Shown here: piece by piece, positions 27,291 to 36,153 of the stretch | Layout of the letters: every line of letters begins with the position of its first letter | How positions within the stretch are numbered: the stretch's first letter is position 1 | NCBI GenBank assembly: GCA_041496385.1 | Contig: JBGQEL010000017.1 | Coordinates: 1 to 61,312, forward strand | From: Candidatus Methylomirabilia bacterium | Lineage (GTDB): Bacteria; Methylomirabilota; Methylomirabilia; Rokubacteriales; CSP1-6 | Direction of reading: 5' to 3' | Length of the DNA: 61,312 nucleotides | Notes under the pieces: generated by a model | What the model saw: the letters and a program-made list of their open reading frames with translations, nothing else | What the model was told of the DNA's origin: nothing | Database searches by the model: none | Position numbers and translations under genes: made by a program

Positions 27291-28856
27291 GTGGCCTCCC
27301 GCCTCAGCGTCGACACGATCGAGACGATCAAGCCCACGGCGGAGGAGTGTCTGCGGCAGGCCGCGCGGCGCCTTCCCCACTTCCGCTACGCGGACCTGCG
27401 CTTGCACGTCAGCGAGGCCCGGTGGGCGGCGGCCGAGAACGGCGCGCCGAGAGGCGCGGGCGACGACGAGAGCCTCGGCCTCGGCGTCCGTGTCCTGGCC
27501 GGCGACCGCGCGATCGCGCCGGGCTACACGGGCGTCGCGCTCGGCGCCGCCGACGTCGCCGACCTTCCCCGGATTCTTCGCGAGGCGATCGAGCGCGCCT
27601 GGCGGCGCGCCGCGGCGAACGGTGAGATGAAGGCGAACGCCCGGGAGAAGTTCGGTGGCCTCGGCGCCGCGCTCGCCGACACCCGCCTTCACCCGGTCGA
27701 GGTCAGGCGCGACACGATTGCGGCCGTGTACCGGATCGACCCGCGCTCGCTGGACCTGGGCGAGATGGTCGCCTTCGCGACCGACGTCTCGCGCCAGGTC
27801 GCCGCCGTCGGCGCGGCCGTCCGATACAACTGGATCGCGGCGCTCTCCCAGCTCTCGCGCGAGCTGTTCGTCTCCACGGAGGGGGCATGCATCGACCAGA
27901 CCTTCGCGCTGACGCAGGGCTCCTGCTCCGTCGTGGCGGTCTCGGGCGAGACGAGCCAGGATCTCTACGACGTCCTGGGCCACCAGCGCGGCTGGGAGGT
28001 CCTCCTCGACGGCGTGAACGAGCCGCTGATGCGCTTCCCGACCTTTCGCGAATTCGCGCAGGGGCTCGCGCGCGAGGGTCTGGCGCTCGCGTCGGCGCCG
28101 CCCCTGCCGTCCTCCGACCGCGACGCGGTCGTCGTGACGGACCCGCACTACAACACGCTCGTCTCGCACGAGATCGTCGGCCACCCCGTCGAGCTCGATC
28201 GCGCGCTCAAGATGGAGACCGCGTACGCCGGGCGCTCCTGGCTCCTCGCCGGTCTGGGCGAGCACCAGGTCGGCCGGCGCGTCGCCTCGCCGCTCGTCAC
28301 CGCGTATTCCGATCCCTCGCTCCCGGGCTACGGCCACTACGCCTACGACCACGAGGGCACCCCCGCGCGGCGCGTGGTCCACATCGAGAACGGGGTCTTC
28401 AAGGGATTCATGAACAGCCGGCAGACGGCCGCGGTCTTCGGCGGCGAGCCGAACGGCCACTGGAAGGCGACGGACGCCGCGCTCGTGCCGCTGGTCCGGA
28501 TGTCCAACACCGTCTTCGGCGCGGGCACCCGGCCGCCCGAGGACATCGTGCGGGAGGTCGACCGCGGCTGGTACTTCGCCGGGCACCGCACGCCCTCGAT
28601 CGCCGAGAGCCGCGAGAACTTCCGGATCTCCGCGCGCTCCGTCTACGAGATCCGGAACGGTGAGCTCGGCCGGCTCTACCGCGACGGCGGAATCGCCGCC
28701 GAAAGCCGCGACTACCTCGTCAACGTGGACGCGGTCGGCACCGACTTTCGGCTCTACCCGATCCCGAATTGCGGCAAGGGCCAGCCGATGCAGACGAAGA
28801 AGCTCGGGAACGGTGGACCGACGATGCGCAGCCGCGCGAGGGTCACGGGAGGCTAG
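27291..28856 (+). CDS. TldD-family metalloprotease (divergent copy)
   Basis: HEIVGHPVELD (HExxGH), YDHEG, RMSNT, NCGKGQP. Confidence 0.88.
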   Translation: MASRLSVDTIETIKPTAEECLRQAARRLPHFRYADLRLHVSEARWAAAENGAPRGAGDDESLGLGVRVLAGDRAIAPGYTGVALGAADVADLPRILREAIERAWRRAAANGEMKANAREKFGGLGAALADTRLHPVEVRRDTIAAVYRIDPRSLDLGEMVAFATDVSRQVAAVGAAVRYNWIAALSQLSRELFVSTEGACIDQTFALTQGSCSVVAVSGETSQDLYDVLGHQRGWEVLLDGVNEPLMRFPTFREFAQGLAREGLALASAPPLPSSDRDAVVVTDPHYNTLVSHEIVGHPVELDRALKMETAYAGRSWLLAGLGEHQVGRRVASPLVTAYSDPSLPGYGHYAYDHEGTPARRVVHIENGVFKGFMNSRQTAAVFGGEPNGHWKATDAALVPLVRMSNTVFGAGTRPPEDIVREVDRGWYFAGHRTPSIAESRENFRISARSVYEIRNGELGRLYRDGGIAAESRDYLVNVDAVGTDFRLYPIPNCGKGQPMQTKKLGNGGPTMRSRARVTGG

Positions 28857-28858
28857 AC

Positions 28859-29281
28859 GTGCGCGGCACGCTCGGGCTCCTCGTCGTCGCGGCGATCCTG
28901 CTCCTGGGCGCGGCGCCCGCGGCGCCGCCGGAGTCGCCGGTCAGCTTCATCCAGGTGGACGAGCTGAAGGCGCTGCTCGACCGGCGCGTGCGGGCCGACA
29001 TCATCGACGTCCGCCATTGGCCGCAATACGTCGAGATGCACATCCGGGACGCGCGGTCCATGCCGCTCCGCGCCGTCCCCGACCGGGCCGGAGAGATCAC
29101 GAAAACCGGTCTCGTCGTCCTCTACTGAACGTGCCCGCACGCGCTGGCCCGGGGGGCCAGCGACATCCTCTATCGCATGGGCTGGCGGAATCATCGCGTG
29201 CTCGACGAGGGCCTGCCCGGCTGGCACGCCAAGGGCTACGCGGTCGACGGCACCGACGTCACCGCCCCGCCCAGGCACTGA
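28859..29281 (+). CDS. Exported rhodanese-domain protein with in-frame TGA (probable selenocysteine) at the active site
   Basis: GGGAGG plus GTG 28859; signal peptide; IIDVR..HI..A; VVLY-TGA-TCPH; frame continues ..VLDEGLPGWHAKGY to TGA 29279-29281; hairpin at 29142-29162. Confidence 0.82.
29142..29162 (+). promoter_or_regulatory. Putative bacterial SECIS element
   Basis: CGCTGGCC-CGGGG-GGCCAGCG, perfect 8-bp stem with G-rich loop, starting 13 nt after the in-frame TGA (29126-29128). Confidence 0.65.
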
Positions 29282-29288
29282 TGGCGGC

Positions 29289-30848
29289 GTGAAGGACACC
29301 GCCGAGCTCGCGGCCACTGTGGAGCGCGCGCTCGCGTACGCGCGGAGCCAGCCGGGCGTCGTCGAGGCGGAGGTGTTCGCGGCGGCGAACGACGCGCTGC
29401 TCGCGCGGCTCAACTACACCTCCCACATCCCGTGCAACGGCGTCGAGGAGCCCAAGTCCACCGGATCGTGCGGCCTCGGGATCCAGGCGGTCTTCGACGG
29501 AGACCGCGGGCGGCTCATCGGCTTCGGCAGCGAGCCGAGCGATCTCACGGCGGCCGGCGCCGAGCGCGCCCTCGCGCGCGCCCGCCGCGCCGCCGTGGCC
29601 GATCCCGACTTCGTGTCGCTTCCCCACCCCTCGCACGAGCCCCGCACGCTCAGCGGCTACCACGACCCGCGGCTCATGGACGTGGACGACGCGAGCCTCG
29701 TCGCGGCCGGCTGGAAGATCCTCGACGGCGCGCTCCGGACCTTTATGGCCTCGGGCCGGCTGGCGGCGATGGCCGACGGGGACGCCGCGCTGCGCCGGCT
29801 CGGCCTCATCGTGAGCGGCGATGTCACGATTCTCCAGGAACGCATCGCGCTCGCCTCGACCCGCATGCCGCGCGTACAGACCGACGAGTCCACGCTGATC
29901 ACGGCGTTCGTGACGTCCATGGTCGAGACGCAGGGAGCCAAGGGCTCGGGCGCCTCCACGGGGACGCGCCTCGACGACTTCACCGACGAGGCCGGCGCGG
30001 AGGCCGCCCAGCAGGCCCTCGCCGCGATCGGCGGCGAGCGCGTGCCCTCCGGCGAGTACACGGTGATCTTCGGCCGGCAGCCCGTGGCGGACCTGCTCAA
30101 CAACATCGTGGTGCCGGCCTGCGTTGCGAGCGCGTTCTACGCCTCCCGAACGCCTTTCCTCGGGCGGCTCGGCCGGAGCGTCGCCTCGCCCCGGCTCACG
30201 CTCTACGACCACGGCGCCATGCCCGGACTCATGGGCTCCAAGGGGATCACCTGCGAGGGCCTGCCGACCGGACGCACCGAGCTGATCCGGAACGGCGTCC
30301 TCGTCGGCTGCCTCTCGAGCTGGTACGAGACCCAGCGGCTCCTCCGCGACCCGGCCATCGGTGAGAAGCTCGGCGCGCGGGGTGTCGCCGCCGAAGCGGC
30401 GCTCGTGCCGCGCAACGGCTTCCGCTTCGGCCAGGGCGGCGGCCGTCAGTTCGACGCGCAGCCCGCGATCGCTGCCTCGAACGTGGTCGTCGAGGGCACG
30501 GATGCGGTGACACACGACGAGCTCGTCCGCACGGTGAGGGACGGCCTGTACATCGGTCGCATCTGGTACACCTACCCGATCAACGGGCTGCGCGCGGGGG
30601 ACTTCACCTGTACCGTCGTCGCGGATTCCTATATCATCCGGGACGGGAGGCTCGCGACGCCGATCCGCGCAAACGCAATCCGCATCAATGACAACATCAC
30701 CACGTTTCTCAACAACGTCGTCGGCATCACCAAGGACGTGAAGGGAACGATCGTCTGGGCGGCGGACGAGGTCGTCTACGCTCCGGAGATCGCCGTCCGC
30801 GGCGTCCGCATCGACGCAATCGGCGGATTCACGGAGGAGTTGGGCTGA
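29289..30848 (+). CDS. TldE/PmbA-family protein (divergent copy)
   Basis: TldD/PmbA C-terminal pattern (GEYTVIF, TCEGLPT, NGVLVGCL, GDFTC); no HExxH. Confidence 0.82.
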   Translation: MKDTAELAATVERALAYARSQPGVVEAEVFAAANDALLARLNYTSHIPCNGVEEPKSTGSCGLGIQAVFDGDRGRLIGFGSEPSDLTAAGAERALARARRAAVADPDFVSLPHPSHEPRTLSGYHDPRLMDVDDASLVAAGWKILDGALRTFMASGRLAAMADGDAALRRLGLIVSGDVTILQERIALASTRMPRVQTDESTLITAFVTSMVETQGAKGSGASTGTRLDDFTDEAGAEAAQQALAAIGGERVPSGEYTVIFGRQPVADLLNNIVVPACVASAFYASRTPFLGRLGRSVASPRLTLYDHGAMPGLMGSKGITCEGLPTGRTELIRNGVLVGCLSSWYETQRLLRDPAIGEKLGARGVAAEAALVPRNGFRFGQGGGRQFDAQPAIAASNVVVEGTDAVTHDELVRTVRDGLYIGRIWYTYPINGLRAGDFTCTVVADSYIIRDGRLATPIRANAIRINDNITTFLNNVVGITKDVKGTIVWAADEVVYAPEIAVRGVRIDAIGGFTEELG

Positions 30849-31762
30849 TGGCAGACCCTCGTCTCGAGACGGTCGCGCGCGAGTGCCGCGTCCAGATCAT
30901 CCGCATGCTCACCCACGCGGGCTCCGGTCACCCGGGCGGCTCGCTCTCGGTGATCGACATGCTCACCGCGCTCTACTTCGGACGGCTGCGCCACGATCCG
31001 GCGCGCCCGGACTGGCCCGACCGCGACCGCGTCGTCCTCTCGAAGGGCCACGCGGTGCCCGCGCTCTATACGGTCATGGCCAAGTCGGGCTACTTCCCCG
31101 AGTCGCGCCTGATCACGCTCCGCAAGCTCGGCTCGCCGCTCCAGGGCCACCCGGACCGCACCGCGCTCCCCGGGATCGAGGCCGCGACGGGCTCGCTCGG
31201 CCAAGGGCTCTCGATCTCGCTCGGCCTGGCGCTCGGGCTCAAGCTGCGCGGCTCGGCCGCGCGCGTCTACTGCATCCTCGGGGACGGCGAGATCCAGGAG
31301 GGCCAGGTCTGGGAAGCCGCGATGGCGGCTCCGAAGCTCGGCCAGCCCGGCCGTCCTCTCGACAACCTCTGCGTCATCCTGGACTACAACAAGATCCAGC
31401 TCGACAACTTCGTGAAGAAGATCCTCGACCTGGAGCCGGTCCTGGCCAAGTGGCAAGCCTTCGGCTGGCCCGTGCTCGAGATCGACGGCCACGACATGGA
31501 CCAGATCAACAAGGCGCTCGACCAGGCCGAGGCTACTAAGGGCGGTCCGACGTTCGTCGTGGCGAACACCGTGAAGGGCAAGGGTGTGTCCTTCATGGAG
31601 AACGACCCCGAGTGGCACGGCAAGGCGCCGAAGCCCGCCGAGGCGATCCGCGCGATCCGCGAGATCCTCGGGGTCGCCGAGGCGGCCTGGAGCGACTATC
31701 TCGCCCGGACCCCGGCGACGCGGGCGATCGTGGACGAGCTCGCCGCCCTGGAGGTCAAGTGA
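30848..31762 (+). CDS. Transketolase, N-terminal (TPP-binding) subunit
   Basis: GSGHPGGSLS, LSKGHA, LQGHP, TGSLGQG, GDGEIQEG, KGKG. Confidence 0.93.
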   Translation: MADPRLETVARECRVQIIRMLTHAGSGHPGGSLSVIDMLTALYFGRLRHDPARPDWPDRDRVVLSKGHAVPALYTVMAKSGYFPESRLITLRKLGSPLQGHPDRTALPGIEAATGSLGQGLSISLGLALGLKLRGSAARVYCILGDGEIQEGQVWEAAMAAPKLGQPGRPLDNLCVILDYNKIQLDNFVKKILDLEPVLAKWQAFGWPVLEIDGHDMDQINKALDQAEATKGGPTFVVANTVKGKGVSFMENDPEWHGKAPKPAEAIRAIREILGVAEAAWSDYLARTPATRAIVDELAALEVK

Positions 31763-32688
31763 TGCCGGCCAAGGCCAGCCGCGCGGCGTTCGGCGAGATG
31801 ATCATCGAGCTCGGGGCGAAGGACGACCGCATCGTCACCGTGGACGCCGACCTGTCGAAATCGACGATGACCGCGAAGTTCGCCAAGACGTACCCCGAGC
31901 GCGCCTTCAACGTCGGCATCGCCGAGTCGAACATGGTCGGCATCGGCGCCGGGCTCGCGCTCACGGGCAGGATCCCCTTCGTCTGCTCGTTCGCCTGCTT
32001 CGTCGTCGGACGCTTCGAGACGATCCGCATCTCCATCGCCTATACGAACGCCAACGTGAAGATCGTCGGCACGCACTCGGGGATCGCGATCGGCGAGGAC
32101 GGCTACAGCCAGATGGGCATCGAGGACATCGCGTGCATCCGCTCGCTGCCGAACGTGCCCGTGATCCAGCCCGCCGACGAGCTCGAGACCCGGCAGGTCA
32201 TCGCCTACGCCGTCCTGCACGAGGGGCCGCTCTACTTGCGACTGACGCGCCAGAACCTCGAGCCCGTGTGCCCGCCCGACTACCGCTTCGAGCTGGGCCG
32301 CTGGCTCCTCCTGCGCCCCGGCCACGACGTCACGCTGATCGCGACGGGCGGGACGGTCTGGAACGCCCTCGAGGCGGCCGGGCGCCTGGAGGCCGACGGG
32401 ATCACCGCGGAGGTCATCAACGCCGCCAGCATCAAGCCGCTCGACGAGGAGCTGCTCCTCCGCTCCGCCGGGAAGACCGGCCACGTGGTGACCGTGGAGG
32501 ACCACTCGATCTCGGGCGGTCTCGGCGGCGCCGTGGCCGAAGCGCTCGGCGAGGCGCTCCCCACGCCGATGAAGCGGCTCGGCGTCCAGGGCTTCGGCGA
32601 GTCGGGCGACCAGAAAGGCCTCTACGCCAAGCACGGCCTCGACCCCGCCGGCATCGCAGCCAGCGTGCGGAAGTTCCTCAACCGCTAA
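31762..32688 (+). CDS. Transketolase, C-terminal subunit
   Basis: ATG 31762 overlaps the upstream stop. NVGIAESNM, GEDGYSQ, GPLYLRL, SIKPLD, EDH..GGLG. Confidence 0.92.
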   Translation: MPAKASRAAFGEMIIELGAKDDRIVTVDADLSKSTMTAKFAKTYPERAFNVGIAESNMVGIGAGLALTGRIPFVCSFACFVVGRFETIRISIAYTNANVKIVGTHSGIAIGEDGYSQMGIEDIACIRSLPNVPVIQPADELETRQVIAYAVLHEGPLYLRLTRQNLEPVCPPDYRFELGRWLLLRPGHDVTLIATGGTVWNALEAAGRLEADGITAEVINAASIKPLDEELLLRSAGKTGHVVTVEDHSISGGLGGAVAEALGEALPTPMKRLGVQGFGESGDQKGLYAKHGLDPAGIAASVRKFLNR

Positions 32689-33432
32689 TTAGAGGGCGCC
32701 GAGGCCGTACGCGAGTCCGACGGCGATCGAGCCGAGCCCGGCGCAGACGGCGAGTGCGCGACGGGCGTGGCGGAAACGCAGCGCGAGCGTCAGCGGGTAG
32801 GCCATCGCCGCGGTGAGCAGCGCCATCCCGAGGATCGTCCCGAGCCCGAAGATTCCCAGGTAGGCGACCGCCCCCCACGTCGAGCCGAGCGTCGCCAGGA
32901 CGAGCAGTGACGCCGCGGCGCTCCCCGCCATGCCGTGGACCGCGCCCACCACCAGCGCGCGGAGCGGCAGCCGGCCTCGACGCCCGCTCAGCGCGGCGAG
33001 CAGCCGCCGCGAGGGATGCACGTGAGGGTGGGCGTGGGCGTGTCCGCCGTGAGCGTGGACGTGGCTGTGCACGGCCTCGAGGTGACCGTGCTCGTGGTCG
33101 GCTGCGAGGTGCGCGCGCGGGACCGCGTCGAGACCGCGCGCCGCGTCCTTGAGCCGGAGGGCCCCGAGCAGGACCAGCATCCCCGCCACGAGCAGCTCGA
33201 GGCCGCTCGCGAGACCGGCGCCGATCGTCAGCCTGAGGCTCACGATCACCGCGCCGGCCAGCGTGAGCGTCGCCATGTGCCCGAGGCCCCAGAGCACGCC
33301 GACCAGCATGCCGTCGGCGAACCCGCGCTCGCGCGTCACGATCGTCGCGACGGCGACCAGGTGGTCGGGGTCGGTGGCGTGCTGGAGGCCCAGGACGAAG
33401 CCGAGGAAGACGGCGGAGAGGACCGGATCCAC
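32689..33432 (-). CDS. High-affinity nickel/cobalt permease (UreH/NiCoT-like)
   Basis: GLQHATDPDHLVA, WGLGH, His-rich loop (HSHVHAHGGHAHAHPH), VHGMAGSA. Confidence 0.87.
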   Translation of the reverse strand: MDPVLSAVFLGFVLGLQHATDPDHLVAVATIVTRERGFADGMLVGVLWGLGHMATLTLAGAVIVSLRLTIGAGLASGLELLVAGMLVLLGALRLKDAARGLDAVPRAHLAADHEHGHLEAVHSHVHAHGGHAHAHPHVHPSRRLLAALSGRRGRLPLRALVVGAVHGMAGSAAASLLVLATLGSTWGAVAYLGIFGLGTILGMALLTAAMAYPLTLALRFRHARRALAVCAGLGSIAVGLAYGLGAL

Positions 33433-34046
33433 TAGATGCCGAGGCTTCGCGTCGCCTCGTCGATGCGCGCCTTGTGCGCCTTGACCCAGTCCTCGAGCGA
33501 GGTCTTCTCGTCCTTCGCCGCCCGCTGCGCCGCCTGGGCGTGGATCGACTCCGCCTGCCCCTTCGGGAGCACGACGATGCCTTCCTCGTCGGCGACCACG
33601 ACGTCGCCCGGGGACACGGCCACGCCCGCGCAGACGACCGGCGCGTCGATCAGGCCCTTCACCTTGCGGACGCCGGGAATCGGGATCACGCCGCGCGCGA
33701 AGACCTGAAAGCGCCGCTCGCGCGTCTCGGCCAGGTCGCGGATGAGACCGTCGACGACGAAGCCGGCGATGCCCCGCTGCTGCGCGTAGGCGCAGACGTT
33801 GCCGCCAGCCATCGCCCAGTTCGCGTCGCCCGCGGCGCAGACGACGACGGAGCCCGCGGGCGCCCGGTGGATCGCGACGTGCAGCATCAGGTTGTCGCCC
33901 GCCGGACACGCGACGGGATACGCGGGCCCGCAGAGCCGCGGCATGGGACCCCACAGCGGGCGGACGCCGTGATCCATGACGCGATCCCGGGTGAGCACGT
34001 CGGCGTAGGCGGTGGTCGGGAGCGCGGCGAAGGCCAGGATGTCCAT
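33432..34046 (-). CDS. RraA-family / HMG aldolase-like protein
   Basis: Start ATG 34046. GDNLMLH, DGLIRD, PGDVVVADEEGIV. Confidence 0.85.
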   Translation of the reverse strand: MDILAFAALPTTAYADVLTRDRVMDHGVRPLWGPMPRLCGPAYPVACPAGDNLMLHVAIHRAPAGSVVVCAAGDANWAMAGGNVCAYAQQRGIAGFVVDGLIRDLAETRERRFQVFARGVIPIPGVRKVKGLIDAPVVCAGVAVSPGDVVVADEEGIVVLPKGQAESIHAQAAQRAAKDEKTSLEDWVKAHKARIDEATRSLGI

Positions 34047-34051
34047 GACGG

Positions 34052-34846
34052 TCACTCCGACATTTTGAGGAGCAGCCCGGTGCGCCGCGCGTGCCGGAGA
34101 GCCGCGAGAAACGCCCAGTGCGCGAGCACCGCGTAGCACGCCGACAGCGCGAGGCCCGTCGCGACCGGCGCCGCGAACTCGGACGGGAAGCCGAAGTGCG
34201 CGCGATAGGCGTCGAGGAAGTACGTGAGCGGGATCGCGGCGGCCAGCGCGGCGACCGGCTCGGGCAGCACGGAGACGGGATAGTAGATGCCGGCGAGGAC
34301 GAGCACGAGGTTCACGCTCGCCCAGGCGAAGGCCTCCGCGCGGTTGCCGAAGAGCGTGATCAGCGCGCAGACCGCGACGCCCACGATCCAGGCGTTCAGG
34401 AAGCAGCCCGCGAGAAACGTCGCGACCGCCAGGGGGCCGGGCGCCAGCACGCGGAAGTCGAACGCCCACCAGCCGAGCGCCGCAAGCAGGGCGAAGATCG
34501 CCGACCCCCGGGTCATGCCGACGAGCCAGGAGCCCAGCGTGAGGTGGCGGATCCCGATCGGCGCCAGGAACTGGTGCTTCACCGACTTCGACCAGACGTC
34601 GAGGAGCACGGCGTAGGCGACCTCGAGCTGGCAGACGTTCACGACCGAGAGCGCGATCGTCCCGATCAGGACGAAGGAGGCCTGCTCGGGCGTGAGATGG
34701 AGGAACCGCGTCATCAGGCCGATCGAGAGGACCCCCACGATCGGCCAGAAGAGCAGCTCGAAGAAGAAGAACACGTTGCGCGACGCCATCAGCGCGTTCC
34801 GCACGACGATGGCCCAGACGGCCAGCGCCTCACCGCGCCAGTTCAA
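34052..34846 (-). CDS. ABC-2 type exporter permease
   Basis: About 6 TM helices, GIYYPVSVLP..IPLTY; directly downstream of the ATPase. Confidence 0.85.
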   Translation of the reverse strand: MNWRGEALAVWAIVVRNALMASRNVFFFFELLFWPIVGVLSIGLMTRFLHLTPEQASFVLIGTIALSVVNVCQLEVAYAVLLDVWSKSVKHQFLAPIGIRHLTLGSWLVGMTRGSAIFALLAALGWWAFDFRVLAPGPLAVATFLAGCFLNAWIVGVAVCALITLFGNRAEAFAWASVNLVLVLAGIYYPVSVLPEPVAALAAAIPLTYFLDAYRAHFGFPSEFAAPVATGLALSACYAVLAHWAFLAALRHARRTGLLLKMSE

Positions 34847-35780
34847 CGAACACCTCCTCCAGCTGGGGCTCGCGGACGAGGACATTGCGGACCACGACGC
34901 CGTCGGTGTGGAGCGCCCGGAGGATCTCCGGCAGACGCTTCTCCGCCTCGTCCACGGTGCACTCGATCCAGCCGTCGGCCGCCGCGCACCGGAGCACGCC
35001 GGGGGCCTCGGCGAGCCACGCGACCGCGGGAGGGTCGAGCTTGAGCGCGATCACCTCGCCCAGGCGGATCTGGCGCTTCAGCTCGCCCGGCGTGCCGCGC
35101 GCGAGGATCCGCCCGGCCTTGATGAACGCGATCTCGTCGCAGAGCTCGTCGGCCTCGCGCATGTAGTGCGTCGTGAGCACGATCGTGATCCCGCGCTCGC
35201 GCCGGAGCCGCGCGATGTGCTCGCGGACACGGACCGACACATCGGGGTCGAGGCCCAGCGTGGGCTCGTCGAGGAAGAGCAGCTCGGGATCGTTCACGAG
35301 CGATTTCGCCAGCGCGACGCGCTGCTTGAGGCCGGTCGAGAGCTCGCTGTACGGCGTCTTGCGATACGGCACGAGCTCGTAGTCCTCGATCAGCTCGTCC
35401 ACCTTGCGCGCGAGCGCCGCGCCGTAGAGCCCGTAGAGCCGTCCGTAGAACGCCACGATCTCGCCCACCCGCAGGCTCCAGAGGAAGGACGGCCGACCGC
35501 TCGCCATGTTGAGCCGCCGGCGGAGCGCGGTAGCGTCACGCAGCACGTCGAGCCCCAGCACGGTCACGCGCCCGGCGTCGGGCGTCAGCAGGGTGGCGAG
35601 GATCGAGAGCAGCGTCGTCTTCCCCGCCCCGTTGGGGCCGAGGAGGCCGAAGATCATTCCACGCGGTATGTCGAGCGACACGCCACGGAGCGCCGGGGTC
35701 TCGCGCCGCCTGATCCAGCCCGCGCGGAACGTCTTCGCGACGTCGCGCGCATCGATCGCGAGGGCTGCGCCCGTGGACAT
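34830..35780 (-). CDS. ABC exporter ATP-binding protein (DrrA-like)
   Basis: GPNGAGKT, LSTGLKQR, LFLDEPT, TTH. Confidence 0.92.
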   Translation of the reverse strand: MSTGAALAIDARDVAKTFRAGWIRRRETPALRGVSLDIPRGMIFGLLGPNGAGKTTLLSILATLLTPDAGRVTVLGLDVLRDATALRRRLNMASGRPSFLWSLRVGEIVAFYGRLYGLYGAALARKVDELIEDYELVPYRKTPYSELSTGLKQRVALAKSLVNDPELLFLDEPTLGLDPDVSVRVREHIARLRRERGITIVLTTHYMREADELCDEIAFIKAGRILARGTPGELKRQIRLGEVIALKLDPPAVAWLAEAPGVLRCAAADGWIECTVDEAEKRLPEILRALHTDGVVVRNVLVREPQLEEVFVELAR

Positions 35781-35787
35781 GGGTCGA

Positions 35788-35797
35788 ATGGTACCAT
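35788..35797. promoter_or_regulatory. Palindromic bidirectional -10 element ATGGTACCAT
   Basis: Gives TACCAT on both strands, each 7 nt before an ATG (35780 minus, 35805 plus). Confidence 0.6.
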
Positions 35798-35804
35798 GCG
35801 GCGC

Positions 35805-36152
35805 ATGGCGGTCTCCGCTGAGTGGCGCTGCGCCGCGGCGAGCGTGCCGCCAGGGCACACGGCGACGCTGCGGCTCGAGTGCGCCGGACGCGCCGTCCAG
35901 GGATTTCTCGTCAACGTCGACGGCCGCTTCAGCGCCTTCATCAATCGGTGCCCGCACGTCGGGACGCCGCTCGACCTCTGGCCAAACGAGTTCCTCGCCG
36001 AGGACGGCCGCACGCTGATCTGCTCGACCCACGGCGCCGTCTTCGAGCCCGACACCGGACGCTGCACGGCCGGGCCGTGCGCCGGCGACCGGCTGGCGCC
36101 GCTCCCGCTCCGCGTCGAGGACGAGACCGTCGTCGTACGCTGCGGCTCCTGA
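35805..36152 (+). CDS. Rieske [2Fe-2S] ferredoxin
   Basis: NRCPH..CSTHGAVF..GPC. Confidence 0.9.
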   Translation: MAVSAEWRCAAASVPPGHTATLRLECAGRAVQGFLVNVDGRFSAFINRCPHVGTPLDLWPNEFLAEDGRTLICSTHGAVFEPDTGRCTAGPCAGDRLAPLPLRVEDETVVVRCGS

Positions 36153-36153
36153 C

